A stretch of DNA of 64,000 bases from Patescibacteria group bacterium UBA6201 (GCA_002422025.1 DISV01000005.1:136834-200833); one strand, 5' to 3'. Positions 38,032-48,203 are shown, counted from the first letter of the stretch. A program made the numbers and translations. The notes: generated by a model from the letters alone, not told the origin.

Positions 38032-38066
38032 GGCACGGGGCAGTTTGCTGCCCCGTGCCAATTTTT
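38032..38066. terminator. Intrinsic terminator between convergent genes
   Basis: 12-bp GC stem ggcacggggcag/ctgccccgtgcc. Confidence 0.8.
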
Positions 38067-38082
38067 ATTTCACCTTAAATAA

Positions 38083-39258
38083 TTAATCAAACAACTTCCA
38101 AATCTTTTGGTCCTCTTCCCCGTCTACCTTAAAAATAGCAATACCTTTCAGATTGTACTGCTCAGCCAATTTGACTTTGTCAGCAATGGCGTCAGCATCA
38201 GAGTACCAGACGATTTCTACTGGCACTTCCATCTTGGTTAAGTTAGCGAAGAGTAGGGCTTTGGCAGCAGCTTCAAATCCGGGGCGAGTGCCATCAGGTA
38301 CTGGTAGCACGTCGAGAATCTTAAACGGCAAGTTGGGATTGAAAAAAGTATAACTTTTTTCTCCAGCTGTGTTTTCACTGATGGTTACGTCGTTTTCTTT
38401 AGCCCATTCCTTTGCATCGGGTATGTTTATGGCACCATTGCCCTTATATTCTTTATACCAATCAGGGGCTACTGTTAGGGTCCATTTACGGCCATAGGTA
38501 GGCACTCCAAGCATAATTTTTTCTGCTGAGATGTCCTTTAGGGCTAATACCAAAACCTTCTCCACCCAGTCATTGTCAGCCACTGGAATGTACGGCTCAC
38601 CTTTCTTGGCATCGTTCATCAATAGGTCGGCTCTCTGTTGATCGTAGGCCATTATTTCAACGGTGTCACAATACTCACCAATCGCTTCATAGTCGTTTGC
38701 GTACTCTATGACTGCAGGTACGGTGCGGTAACGACTCTCAGGCGGCATACGGGCCTCTACGGTACATGTCAGCTTCTTATTGTCTAGTTCGTCCTTAAGC
38801 TCACGCAAGAATAAGGAGAAGTAGTCTTTGGTTTCAGCCAGTTTTGACTCGTAATCAATATCTACACCATCAAAGTCGCCATCATCAACCATCTCCACTA
38901 TCGCTTCTATATGGTCGGCGCGAAGTGACTCATTACTGAGTATATTGTGAATGTGTGAACCATCGTTCCATAGAATCGATGGGATAATCTCAACCTTGTT
39001 ACGGTCAGCTAAGCGAAAGAGATTTCGCCACTTTCTGTCACTAAGATCCCCTTTGTCCACCAATGAACCATCAAGGTTAACTTCATAAACAAAGGGATGA
39101 ATAGTGTCTAATTTGTTGATGTGCTTAGTGGCACTTTTTATCCCCATAGTGTCTTGCCACCATGGTACCCAACCGGCTACTTCTAAATTGGAAGCTGCAG
39201 ACACACCAATCGGAGCCATAATGGCCATAAGAGTCACCAATGCAAATATTTTCTTCAT
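38083..39258 (-). CDS. Secreted GH18 family glycoside hydrolase
   Basis: Signal peptide; FDGVDIDYE, MAYD and LGVPTYG motifs. Confidence 0.88.
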   Translation of the reverse strand: MKKIFALVTLMAIMAPIGVSAASNLEVAGWVPWWQDTMGIKSATKHINKLDTIHPFVYEVNLDGSLVDKGDLSDRKWRNLFRLADRNKVEIIPSILWNDGSHIHNILSNESLRADHIEAIVEMVDDGDFDGVDIDYESKLAETKDYFSLFLRELKDELDNKKLTCTVEARMPPESRYRTVPAVIEYANDYEAIGEYCDTVEIMAYDQQRADLLMNDAKKGEPYIPVADNDWVEKVLVLALKDISAEKIMLGVPTYGRKWTLTVAPDWYKEYKGNGAINIPDAKEWAKENDVTISENTAGEKSYTFFNPNLPFKILDVLPVPDGTRPGFEAAAKALLFANLTKMEVPVEIVWYSDADAIADKVKLAEQYNLKGIAIFKVDGEEDQKIWKLFD

Positions 39259-39422
39259 ATACCTTCAAGACGAGTCAACAGCCGATTTCTTTCACTAGAC
39301 TTCTTGCAAAAGGAGCGTAACCCCACCCATTCTTGGAAGAAGCTTGTAGATTGAAAGAAATTTCCGTCTCGTGCGTCTTAAGGTTGGGTGGAAAAAATCC
39401 ACAACATGAACGGAGTAGAACA

Positions 39423-39797
39423 TTGTACAAAATAAAGCTAAGGCTATGCGTTTTGCTGGGGACTGCCATTATATCGATGGCTGCCGCCACTACCACACAT
39501 GCAAAGGAAGTGAACTGTAATGCTTCTTGGTATGGGCCGGGTTTCCACGGGCGCACTATGGCGAACGGCAAGCGGTTCGACCAATTCAACCCCAACCACA
39601 TGGCTCACAAGTCACTACCTTTCGGTACGAAACTGTTGGTCACCAACTTGCAAAACGGCAAAGCGATTGTTGCTACCGTGACCGATCGAGGTCCTTATAT
39701 TAAGGGCCGTTGTGTCGATATGTCACGGGCCGGAGCTGAACGCTTAGGGTTCATTTCTCGGGGTCATGCCCCAGTGCGAATTCAGGTTGTTCAATAG
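39423..39797 (+). CDS. rlpA: RlpA-like lytic transglycosylase (DPBB domain)
   Basis: ASWYG..FHGR.MANG, AHKSLPFGT, TDRGPY; GGAG plus TTG start inferred. Confidence 0.85.
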   Translation: MYKIKLRLCVLLGTAIISMAAATTTHAKEVNCNASWYGPGFHGRTMANGKRFDQFNPNHMAHKSLPFGTKLLVTNLQNGKAIVATVTDRGPYIKGRCVDMSRAGAERLGFISRGHAPVRIQVVQ

Positions 39798-39807
39798 CTC
39801 ATCATTT

Positions 39808-39847
39808 GGGCGTGGCGGAGTAATATCCGCCACGCCCTTTATTTTTT
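39808..39847 (+). terminator. Intrinsic terminator
   Basis: gggcgtggcgga/tccgccacgccc plus U-tract. Confidence 0.8.
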
Positions 39848-39944
39848 CCTGTATAATCTTTCAATATGCTCCGTACTATTCTTCCATGGATTTTAGGTTT
39901 CATTCTCCTTTTGATAATTAACGCATATATTTCGAGTTAGTCTT

Positions 39945-40757
39945 ATGCCTAAATACATTGTTATCGAAAAGCATGTTGGGCAAACACCCCTTCAAGCTGT
40001 TACTGCTTATAAAGAAGTGAATCCAGAATTTCAAAAGTTACCGATGGCGTACGCAGGTAGATTAGATCCAATGGCTAGTGGAAAGTTATTGGTCTTGGTT
40101 GGTGAGGAGTGCAAAAAGCAGGAAGAGTATCATGCTCTAGATAAAGAATATGAATTTGAAGTTCTTCTTGGCAGTTCTTCTGACACTGGAGATGTACTAG
40201 GACTAATTGATTGGAAGGAGGCAACAGATATTAGTGATGTGCGTATCAAAGAAGTGGCAGCAAGCTTAAATGGTCCGCTTTCACTTCCCTATCCAAATTT
40301 TTCATCGCGCACAGTGAAGGGTAAGCCACTTCACACTTGGACACTAGAGGATCGTCTTGATGAAATTGAGATTCCCAGTGCAGATACTGTTATCTATAAA
40401 CTTAATTTGGTGGATGTTCGCCATGAGTCTGTTGAACATGTCTATCAAGACGCTATCGCGAGGATTGAGTCTATACCCACAGTAACCGAGTACAGTAAGG
40501 CGTTGGGGCGTGATTTTAGGCGGAGCGAAGTGAAGGTGGCGTGGGCTGTTTGGCTAGAGCACCATAAGAACCAGAAGGTGCAGATTGTGCGCTTCCGGTG
40601 TGTAGCTACTAGTGGTACCTATATGCGTTCCCTAGCGGGAGAAATTGGGCGAAGGTTGGATACCACAGGGCTGGCCTACTCCATCCACAGAAGCAAAATT
40701 GGGGTGTATAAGTCCCTGCCATTTGGCCTAGGCTATTGGCAGAAACTTTTCACTTAG
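39945..40757 (+). CDS. truB: tRNA pseudouridine synthase B-like
   Basis: AGRLDPMASG, KEYEF, SDTGD and SGTYMRSL motifs. Confidence 0.85.
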   Translation: MPKYIVIEKHVGQTPLQAVTAYKEVNPEFQKLPMAYAGRLDPMASGKLLVLVGEECKKQEEYHALDKEYEFEVLLGSSSDTGDVLGLIDWKEATDISDVRIKEVAASLNGPLSLPYPNFSSRTVKGKPLHTWTLEDRLDEIEIPSADTVIYKLNLVDVRHESVEHVYQDAIARIESIPTVTEYSKALGRDFRRSEVKVAWAVWLEHHKNQKVQIVRFRCVATSGTYMRSLAGEIGRRLDTTGLAYSIHRSKIGVYKSLPFGLGYWQKLFT

Positions 40758-40776
40758 GTGGGATTAGAGGAGGTTG

Positions 40777-40910
40777 ACTCCCACACCAGTTTTAGCGTGA
40801 TTTTGCGTTTATAGACTGAGAGGAAGACACTAATTACAATATATGAACCGGGCGACCCTGAGCGCTTAAGAATGGCAAAATTATAGCGACGCCAAAACTG
40901 GTGTGGGAGT
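40777..40910. repeat. 134-bp MITE-like element with 22-bp terminal inverted repeats
   Basis: actcccacaccagttttagcgt / acgccaaaactggtgtgggagt (1 mismatch). Confidence 0.7.
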
Positions 40911-40948
40911 TGACCCGAAGAGTGTTTTCTGGTATCTTTCTAGCCACT

Positions 40949-41128
40949 ATGTCACAAGACAGACTAATAAAACTAGTATCGAAAGGCGACGCCAAGACTG
41001 GTGTTTCTGCTGATGTTTATTACACTCGCTACAATAATAAGACTAAGAAGGACCCAAGCAAGAAGTTGGCTTTGAAGAAGTATAATAAGAAGTTGCGTAA
41101 GCACGTAGTCTACACCCAGAAGAAATAG
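40949..41128 (+). CDS. rpmG: 50S ribosomal protein L33 (Cys-free form)
   Basis: IKLVS...YYT..N.K....KL.LKKYNKKLRKHV. Confidence 0.85.
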   Translation: MSQDRLIKLVSKGDAKTGVSADVYYTRYNNKTKKDPSKKLALKKYNKKLRKHVVYTQKK

Positions 41129-41257
41129 CAAAACTTCCAAAACTGGCGTATTTTGCCCCCATTTCTCTCAATGACCCGCTCGCTGGACTGCCTGTCCCGC
41201 TCACGGGTCATTTTCAGTCCAGGGGACGCAACTGCATCTAGTTTATGAAAGTCTTAG

Positions 41258-41284
41258 AAAGACCCGCCGATTTAGCGGGTCTTT
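41258..41284. terminator. Bidirectional intrinsic terminator
   Basis: aaagacccgc...gcgggtcttt. Confidence 0.7.
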
Positions 41285-41426
41285 GATTAAGTACGAATTT
41301 AGAAAGTTTGCCAAAACGAGGGATTATTTTTTGTTATCTCGACCCTCTAGAAATTCATATACAATTGTGTATTATAGAAACCGTACCCGAATATTTCGTT
41401 TGGGAAGTCAAGGAGGGAGTTTCGAC

Positions 41427-41531
41427 ATGAAAACGACGAATTTCCGCGCTGTCAGCTCGGCCTTCACCGAGCATATTGTTATGGGTCTCATCACTGTCGC
41501 AATCGACCCGGCCCTCGCCGCCGCCGGCTGA
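41427..41531 (+). CDS. 34-aa GC-rich orphan peptide
   Basis: AGGAGGGAG SD 7 nt before ATG; MKTTNFRAVSSAFTEHIVMGLITVAIDPALAAAG. Confidence 0.45.
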   Translation: MKTTNFRAVSSAFTEHIVMGLITVAIDPALAAAG

Positions 41532-41716
41532 CGTTCTTTTCTTCCACTCCAACCGTGGGTCCAGGGGTTGGAGGCCCTGGACCCCGTCCACCTCGTGTGT
41601 TTTACATCACGGGGTTTTATTTTATCTTTGAAAAGCAAAAGGCGGGCCATTTTGGCCCACCTTTTGCTGTGTAATGCGTTCTAAGTACCGTGTGCTAATC
41701 CGTTGCATCCCGTGTC

Positions 41717-41754
41717 CTGCGTACTGTGTACTGTGTGCTGTGTGCTGTGTACTA
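41717..41754 (-). repeat. Heptamer tandem repeat (AGTACAC/AGCACAC)n
   Basis: Reverse complement of the 8919 repeat; directly after the aldolase stop codon. Confidence 0.7.
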
Positions 41755-41762
41755 ACACCGTC

Positions 41763-42770
41763 CTAAAGCTGACCGCGGTCAGCGCGACAATTTCTTTCTA
41801 ATACTTCAATTAACACTTTCTGCGCAGTGGCTGTGTTTTCAGCATTTCCTTTCCATGCTTCCTGTACTGGTTTTTCAATTCCGCGTGAGAATGAGAAGGC
41901 TAATTGCCACGGTAGTCCACCACTTTCCTTCTCTAGTTTTCCAATAGCATTAAAGTTAGCCGTCACCTGCTCTGGTGTTTGTCCACCAGAAAGAAACACT
42001 ACTCCAGGTACTTCATTCGGTACAGCGCCTTCTAAGACACGAAGTGTAGCAGAGGCTACTTCGTCAGGACTACTCGGTTTTTCGTTCTTGTTGCCAGACA
42101 ACACCATGCTGGTCTTTAAAATAACCGCCTTTAAATCAATCCGATACTGTACTAAGATAGCAAATAAAGTTCTGAGTACGAGCGATGTGACTTCTTCGGC
42201 TTTTTCTATATCGTGGTTACCTTCGTAAATAACCTCAGGCTCAACTATCGGTACTATTCCAGTTTCTTGACAGAGACGGGCGTAACGAGCTAGGAGCAAG
42301 CAATTGAACTTAATACTCTCAATTGTTGGAGTATTATCGCCGATACTAATAACCGCTCGCCACTTAGCGGCACGAGCACCCATTTTATAATATTCTTCTA
42401 GTCTCCCTTTAAGCCCATCTAATCCTTCAGTGATTACTTCACCCTCGAAACCTTCAAAAGGTTTGGTACTTTTATCGACTTTTATTATTGGAATAATTCC
42501 CTTGGCTATTAGATAGTCCACAAATGCTGTCCCGTCATCGGTTTGATTACGAATCGTAGCGTCATAAAGAATGATACCGGTGACGAATTTCTCAATCCCC
42601 GGGGCGGTGAAAAGTAATTGGCGATATTTGCGGCGGGTATCAGCGTCAGGAGTGGCGCCGATGCTAGCTAGTTGTTTGTCCATGGTCGTAACACTCTGGT
42701 CGGCAGCTAAGATACCTTTACCGGGTGTCATAAGAAGCGCCGCGGTTTTATAGAGTTCTTCTGATTGCAT
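41763..42770 (-). CDS. Class I fructose-bisphosphate aldolase
   Basis: GKGILAAD, KVDK, AKWR, VPIVEPEV and FLSGGQ motifs. Confidence 0.93.
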   Translation of the reverse strand: MQSEELYKTAALLMTPGKGILAADQSVTTMDKQLASIGATPDADTRRKYRQLLFTAPGIEKFVTGIILYDATIRNQTDDGTAFVDYLIAKGIIPIIKVDKSTKPFEGFEGEVITEGLDGLKGRLEEYYKMGARAAKWRAVISIGDNTPTIESIKFNCLLLARYARLCQETGIVPIVEPEVIYEGNHDIEKAEEVTSLVLRTLFAILVQYRIDLKAVILKTSMVLSGNKNEKPSSPDEVASATLRVLEGAVPNEVPGVVFLSGGQTPEQVTANFNAIGKLEKESGGLPWQLAFSFSRGIEKPVQEAWKGNAENTATAQKVLIEVLERNCRADRGQL

Positions 42771-42780
42771 CAGCTTATTA

Positions 42781-42821
42781 TATCAACACGTGGGCCGGCG
42801 AAGCCGGCCCACGTGTTGATA
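42781..42821. repeat. Perfect 19-bp hairpin over the aldolase promoter
   Basis: tatcaacacgtgggccggc-gaa-gccggcccacgtgttgata. Confidence 0.8.
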
Positions 42822-42842
42822 CTAATCTCTATAACCTCAAAT

Positions 42843-43607
42843 CTAACTTCTAATCTTCCAACCGATTCTAAATAAGTGTGTTACAAAGAGTCCAAGTATG
42901 ATTACTAAACCGAATATAACTATGGCTCCAATAGTCGAATTAGCTTCACTGTAGCCAATCATGCTACTTCTGATTCCGTCGGCAAAATAGAAGAAAGGAT
43001 TGACGCGAGTGAGGGTGGCAGCGAGAGGTGGGAGAAAAGTGATTGAGTAGAATATGCCGCCAAGATAAGTAAGTGGTGTAATGACAAAAGTGTTCAGGAC
43101 CTGAAGTTGTTCAAAACTTTCAGCCCAAAGAGCGATGATAATACCAAGCATTGCGAAAATGGCGGATACTGCAGCCACATAGACCACGAACATTAGTGGA
43201 TTGACTAAACTCACAGCGTTGAAAAGTACACCGACTCCAAGAATTAAAAATGCCACAATCATCGCTCTTGAGACAGCACTACCGACGAAACCAAGGAGCA
43301 TTTCAAGATATGAAAACGGTGCAATCAGTACTTCCTCGATACCACGGGTGAAGCGCATAAAATAGAGGGCCGATGACGCTGAAGAAAAGGAGGCATTGAT
43401 AATTGATAACATCAAAACACCAGGAAAAACGAAGGATATATAAGGAACACCTGAAAAATCATCAATCCTGGTGCCAATGACGCTGCCAAAAATGAAGATA
43501 TACAGCGTGGCTGAAATAACTGGTGCCACTAAGGTCTGAATGACTACGCGAAAAGTCCGTTGAATCTCGCGTCGTAACATCGTATATAAACCGATTCGAT
43601 TAAACAT
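42843..43607 (-). CDS. ABC-2 transporter permease (YadH-like)
   Basis: Six TM helices; PLTYLGGIFYS and NPFFY motifs. Confidence 0.9.
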   Translation of the reverse strand: MFNRIGLYTMLRREIQRTFRVVIQTLVAPVISATLYIFIFGSVIGTRIDDFSGVPYISFVFPGVLMLSIINASFSSASSALYFMRFTRGIEEVLIAPFSYLEMLLGFVGSAVSRAMIVAFLILGVGVLFNAVSLVNPLMFVVYVAAVSAIFAMLGIIIALWAESFEQLQVLNTFVITPLTYLGGIFYSITFLPPLAATLTRVNPFFYFADGIRSSMIGYSEANSTIGAIVIFGLVIILGLFVTHLFRIGWKIRS

Positions 43608-43609
43608 GA

Positions 43610-44344
43610 TTAATTTTGAGCCTTAATTACTTCAAGATAGGTTTGTTCAACTGACTTCCCTTCTCTCATGAATTCTTCCTTCGTGCCTTCGGCGATTATC
43701 TTGCCATGGTTAATGATGGCAATGTCGTTACAAAGGTGCTGTATTTCTTCCAAATAATGAGAGGTCAGGATGATGGTCTTGCCACTTTCGTTCAATTCTT
43801 TAAGGTATGCCCAAAGATCATGGCGCTGTTCGACGTCGACGCCAGCAGTCGGTTCGTCGAGTATTAAGAGTTCAGGAGTGTGGATGAGGGCGCGACCAAG
43901 CATGGCTCGGCGCTTGAGACCACCTGAGAGCTTCTGAAATTTAATATGACGATGAGCTTCCAAATCGAATCTTTTAATCAAGTCATTAATTCTTTGCCAA
44001 CGAATTTCTCTTGGAATACCATAATAACCACCCATGTAGTCCATTAACTGTTCTGGGGTAGCAAAAATATCGACATTGAATTCTTGCGGAGACAGTCCTA
44101 CTTTGGTCCGCGCCAATTTATAGTCAGTGACGACGTCGGTGCCATCTACCAATATTTGTCCTCCGGTAGGTTGTGCAATACCAGTGATGCAGTGAATGGT
44201 GGTCGATTTACCTGCGCCGTTGGGACCAAGTAGGCCAAAAAAACTCCCTTTTGGGATGGTGAGTGAGATGTTATCAACCGCCAGCTTTTCTCCGTATCTC
44301 TTCGTGAGGTTCTTAATCTCCAGTGCTGGTGTCACGTTTGTCAT
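43610..44344 (-). CDS. ABC transporter ATPase (YadG-like)
   Basis: GPNGAGKST, LSGG, LDEPT and SHY motifs. Confidence 0.93.
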   Translation of the reverse strand: MTNVTPALEIKNLTKRYGEKLAVDNISLTIPKGSFFGLLGPNGAGKSTTIHCITGIAQPTGGQILVDGTDVVTDYKLARTKVGLSPQEFNVDIFATPEQLMDYMGGYYGIPREIRWQRINDLIKRFDLEAHRHIKFQKLSGGLKRRAMLGRALIHTPELLILDEPTAGVDVEQRHDLWAYLKELNESGKTIILTSHYLEEIQHLCNDIAIINHGKIIAEGTKEEFMREGKSVEQTYLEVIKAQN

Positions 44345-44394
44345 TGTTTCTATAATAACATGCACGCTAATTGCCGTCTAAAATATATAAATAA

Positions 44395-44420
44395 TCCCGC
44401 GGCGCACAGCGCGCCGCGGG
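44395..44420 (-). terminator. GC-rich hairpin after the orphan gene
   Basis: tcccgcggcgc/gcgccgcggga. Confidence 0.6.
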
Positions 44421-44428
44421 AGTTGAGG

Positions 44429-44824
44429 TTAGAGGTTCTCCCTAATCCACTTCTTAAACTCCGCATTCACGGTCTTGGTGTCGTCTTCAGAGCTGTAGCC
44501 AAAAACGAGCCAGCCGGCATTCACCATCGCCTCAATGATCAGCTCGACCTTCTTCCAGTCCGACATTTTTTTGGACTCCACCTCATCGAGCGCGCCCGTG
44601 GCAACCAGATAGTTGCCCTTTTGCTCATCTGTTTGCCACTTTGACTTCCTCCAGTCTATTGTGGCTTTTATTGTTTGTGAGCCCTGCAGGTGTAGCGTAG
44701 CAATGCCACCCGCATTTGTGTCGTCATATTTGGTTTCAAACTTCACAAATGCCCTGAAAGGAACATCTGGTATCAGTTCTCCTCCGACCTTACGAGGACC
44801 AAGATTCAGGAATATGGTCGTCAT
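44429..44824 (-). CDS. Orphan protein
   Basis: AAGGAG SD and a downstream hairpin. Confidence 0.6.
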   Translation of the reverse strand: MTTIFLNLGPRKVGGELIPDVPFRAFVKFETKYDDTNAGGIATLHLQGSQTIKATIDWRKSKWQTDEQKGNYLVATGALDEVESKKMSDWKKVELIIEAMVNAGWLVFGYSSEDDTKTVNAEFKKWIRENL

Positions 44825-44872
44825 ACATCTTCTCCTTGACAGTTGAAACGCAACTTATATAATGTCATATAA

Positions 44873-45697
44873 ATGTCTATCAGTCAAGAAGAAGCGTGGT
44901 TGTTGAAAGAAAAATATGGCGGTGAAAAAACTGCGCTAGTTTTTAAGGAGTCTTTAGACGAGATTAAAAACAAGTACTCATGGGGTGAAGATTTTTTTAC
45001 TGATTTAGAACGGTTGAAAGCCGGAGAACCACTTGCTTACATAATCGGTCATACCCCTTTCCTAAATTGTCAGATTAATCTTAATTCTCACCCTTTAATT
45101 CCACGAGTAGAGACAGAATATTGGGTAGAGAAGGCCATAGAATCTATTCGGAGGGAGAATATTTCTAATGTGCGGGTGTTAGACCTTTGTGCTGGCTCAG
45201 GTTGTGTAGGGGTAGCGGTTGCTAAGGCAGTCAGAGACGCTCGCGTAACTTTCGCGGAAATTGATTCTGCACACCTCCCCACCATAAAGCAAAACCTTGC
45301 ACATAATCTTCCAGACTATTCCAATCGAATAGAATACTTGCAGGTGACTCTGAGTAACTTATTTGACAATGTGTCAGGAACATTTGACTTCATTCTCACT
45401 AATCCCCCATATATCGACCCAGCACTAGACCGCACCGAAAGCTCTGTTAAAAGTCATGAACCTCACTTGGCTCTCTTTGGTGGCCAAAATGGTCTTGCTA
45501 TCATCAATAATATCGTTACGCAAGCTCCGCAGTATTTGAGGGATGGTGGTCAACTTTGGATTGAACACGAGCCGGAGCAGGTGGAAGCCATTCATTTACT
45601 TGCTGCTCATAATGGCTTTTCAGTCGTTACTAATAAAGATCAGTACGATGTAGAGCGGTTTTCAATTCTCTTATTACAAAACCAAGCTGTGAAATAA
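44873..45697 (+). CDS. prmC: Release factor glutamine methyltransferase
   Basis: GEPLAYI, LIPRVETE, DLCAGSG and NPPY motifs. Confidence 0.93.
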   Translation: MSISQEEAWLLKEKYGGEKTALVFKESLDEIKNKYSWGEDFFTDLERLKAGEPLAYIIGHTPFLNCQINLNSHPLIPRVETEYWVEKAIESIRRENISNVRVLDLCAGSGCVGVAVAKAVRDARVTFAEIDSAHLPTIKQNLAHNLPDYSNRIEYLQVTLSNLFDNVSGTFDFILTNPPYIDPALDRTESSVKSHEPHLALFGGQNGLAIINNIVTQAPQYLRDGGQLWIEHEPEQVEAIHLLAAHNGFSVVTNKDQYDVERFSILLLQNQAVK

Positions 45698-45711
45698 CGA
45701 AAATATAACCT

Positions 45712-45741
45712 AAGACACCCGCCAATTGTGGCGGGTGTCTT
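45712..45741. terminator. Terminator hairpin between convergent genes
   Basis: aagacacccgcca/tggcgggtgtctt. Confidence 0.75.
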
Positions 45742-45754
45742 TCACTTCTGTAAA

Positions 45755-45985
45755 TTAGGCCTGAGCCTCGATCTGGGCTTCCAATCTGGAGATTATTATA
45801 TAAAGCAATAATCTCGTGTACTGTTCGATAGCTTGTCGTGCGGAATCTTCCGCTACAATCTCTTGGTTACTTATTACTTGGTTGGTGACAGTGCTAGCGG
45901 ATGCTTGTTCAGCACTCCAGGGACTCATTATCATTGTCATAACTACCACCGCCAACAAAAACGTAATTTTTACATTTTTTAGCAT
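45755..45985 (-). CDS. Small secreted hypothetical protein
   Basis: Signal peptide ending in ASA. Confidence 0.55.
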   Translation of the reverse strand: MLKNVKITFLLAVVVMTMIMSPWSAEQASASTVTNQVISNQEIVAEDSARQAIEQYTRLLLYIIISRLEAQIEAQA

Positions 45986-46153
45986 AGTTTATGTTATTAG
46001 CTGATAATTGACCTACATAATTTATGACGATTACCTTTTGCTTTTCTTACTAGTAATGTTAGAGGAATCTCCAACGGCTATGTCGCAAAGATGGATGCGA
46101 CTTATAAAAATTGTGTCACCGGAGCGACTCTTTAGCTAGCAAAAACGCTAAGG

Positions 46154-46199
46154 ATAGCTCGTCCTATCCTGTTGCCTGCAGCAGGATAGGACGAGCTAT
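46154..46199. repeat. 22-bp near-perfect hairpin
   Basis: atagctcgtcctatcctgttgc/gcagcaggataggacgagctat. Confidence 0.8.
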
Positions 46200-46289
46200 G
46201 TCTTCACTAGAGCGTTTATCTATACCTTCAGGTTAGGATATTCTTACCAATTGTCTTTTCGTCTCTTTTCCCATACAATCTAGTGAATT

Positions 46290-47543
46290 ATGGCTGAAAA
46301 ACTATCTACTGAACCATATAAGGGTGTACGTGATTTTTATCCGGAGGACATGGCGATTCAGCGTCATATTTTTGATACTTGGAGTCGGACGGCTGAGTCA
46401 TTTGGTTTTGAGCGCTACGATGCTTCAGTCCTAGAGCCTTCTGAATTATATAAGAGTAAAGGTGCAGAGAATGAAGAGTTGGTAAATGATCAGACATACA
46501 CTTTTACTGACCGTGGTAACCGTGAGGTGACTCTGCGTCCTGAGATGACACCAACAGTCGCTAGAATGATTGCTAGTCGCCATAAGGAACTCCCTTTTCC
46601 AGTCCGATGGTATTCCATTCCGAATCTATTTCGTTATGAACGCTCCCAACGTGGACGGGTCCGTGAACACTGGCAATTGAACTGCGATATCTTTGGCGCT
46701 GAAGATCAGTTATCCGCTGACGTAGAAATGATAGCACTTGCCTATCAGTCGCTGATTAATTTTGGCGCATATGATGAAATGTTTTCGATTCGTGTTAATG
46801 ATCGTGTTGAAATGAAAGAGTTTTATCACTCACTCGGAGTGATTGATGAAGAAAGTATTACGAAGGTGACGCGTCTTAATGACCGTTTCCACAAAATTGA
46901 GCGCTCGGAATATATGGAGGAGCTGCGTCAAATCGTACCAGGAGCGGCCGAGGCCATCTTGGAATTCGTAGAAAAAAGTGAGCAGACTGAAAACGCAGTG
47001 ACCAAGGCATTAAATGCTTTGGGTATTAATAATGTAAAAATCGATCGCTCCCTAGCGAGAGGTTTTGACTATTATACCGGTACTATCTTCGAGATTTTTG
47101 ACAATGACCCTAAGAACAACCGTTCGATGCTCGGCGGCGGTCGCTATGATGACCTCACTTCTCTTTTTGGTGAGGAGCGTATCGGTGGGGTCGGCTTTGG
47201 GATGGGAGATGTCACGATGCGAGACTTCTTAGAGACACATGACTTGATTCCTAACTTAAGGCGTAGTGCGAACTTAATAGTCATACCAACCGATACAAAG
47301 TTCAATTTAGAGGGAGAGAAAGCTGCGACGACCTTTAGGCGGTCTGGAGTATCTACACTTGTCGATATTTCTGCTCGTAAGTTAGGAAAAAAAGTCTCTA
47401 ATGCTGCTCACTGCGGCGCTGGTTATTTATTGGTCGTTGGTGAAGACGAAATTGCCCGTAGTGAATTTATTCTTAAAAATCTTGCGGACGGTACAGAAGC
47501 TTCTGGTTCACTAGACGATTTAGCGAAGCAGGTTGCATCATAA
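46290..47543 (+). CDS. hisS: Histidine--tRNA ligase
   Basis: KGVRDF, LRPEMT, FRYER.QRGR, RGFDYYTG and GGGRYD motifs. Confidence 0.96.
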   Translation: MAEKLSTEPYKGVRDFYPEDMAIQRHIFDTWSRTAESFGFERYDASVLEPSELYKSKGAENEELVNDQTYTFTDRGNREVTLRPEMTPTVARMIASRHKELPFPVRWYSIPNLFRYERSQRGRVREHWQLNCDIFGAEDQLSADVEMIALAYQSLINFGAYDEMFSIRVNDRVEMKEFYHSLGVIDEESITKVTRLNDRFHKIERSEYMEELRQIVPGAAEAILEFVEKSEQTENAVTKALNALGINNVKIDRSLARGFDYYTGTIFEIFDNDPKNNRSMLGGGRYDDLTSLFGEERIGGVGFGMGDVTMRDFLETHDLIPNLRRSANLIVIPTDTKFNLEGEKAATTFRRSGVSTLVDISARKLGKKVSNAAHCGAGYLLVVGEDEIARSEFILKNLADGTEASGSLDDLAKQVAS

Positions 47544-47593
47544 ACTTGGTACTTAGATATCCTGTTTCTTCAATTTTAACTTTAAACTTGGTT

Positions 47594-48169
47594 GTGCGTT
47601 ACATAGTATTTGACCTTGAAACCCAAAATATCTTTTCAGATGTCGGTGGAAGTGACCCCGCTAATCTAGATATTTCTGTTGCTGGTTTTTATGACAGTGG
47701 TACTGAGGAATACTCAGCCTTCTCGATTGATGAGCTATCTCAGGCTTGGTCGATTATTGAACGTGCAGATGCGTTAGTTGGTTATAACAGTAATCATTTT
47801 GATATCCCTCTTTTAAATAAATATTATCCAGGTGACCTCACTTCAATCAAGAGTATTGATATCCTAGAGTCGATTAGAGAGTCACTCGGTCGTCGTCTGC
47901 GTCTCGACAGTGTGGCTGAGGCCACTGTAGGAGCCAAGAAATCAGCTGACGGCCTTCAGGCGGTCCGCTGGTGGCGAGAAGGTAAAGTTGAAGAGGTCAA
48001 AAAGTATTGTCTTCAGGACGTAAAAGTGACAAAGAAGGTTTTTGATTATGCCTTAGAACATGGTCATGTGAAGTTTAAGGATGGTCGACAGAAGCGCGAT
48101 ATACCCCTTGATACTTCAAGTTGGTTGACTAAGGAAGATGCTTCCATGACTCATACTCTCCCTTTTTAG
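47594..48169 (+). CDS. DEDD/RNase H-like 3'-5' exonuclease domain protein (YprB-like)
   Basis: FDLET, GYNSNHFD and YCLQDV motifs; start uncertain. Confidence 0.8.
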   Translation: MRYIVFDLETQNIFSDVGGSDPANLDISVAGFYDSGTEEYSAFSIDELSQAWSIIERADALVGYNSNHFDIPLLNKYYPGDLTSIKSIDILESIRESLGRRLRLDSVAEATVGAKKSADGLQAVRWWREGKVEEVKKYCLQDVKVTKKVFDYALEHGHVKFKDGRQKRDIPLDTSSWLTKEDASMTHTLPF

Positions 48170-48203
48170 GGTTCGTGAAGGTCACAGACTCTTGTGGTAA
48201 TGG

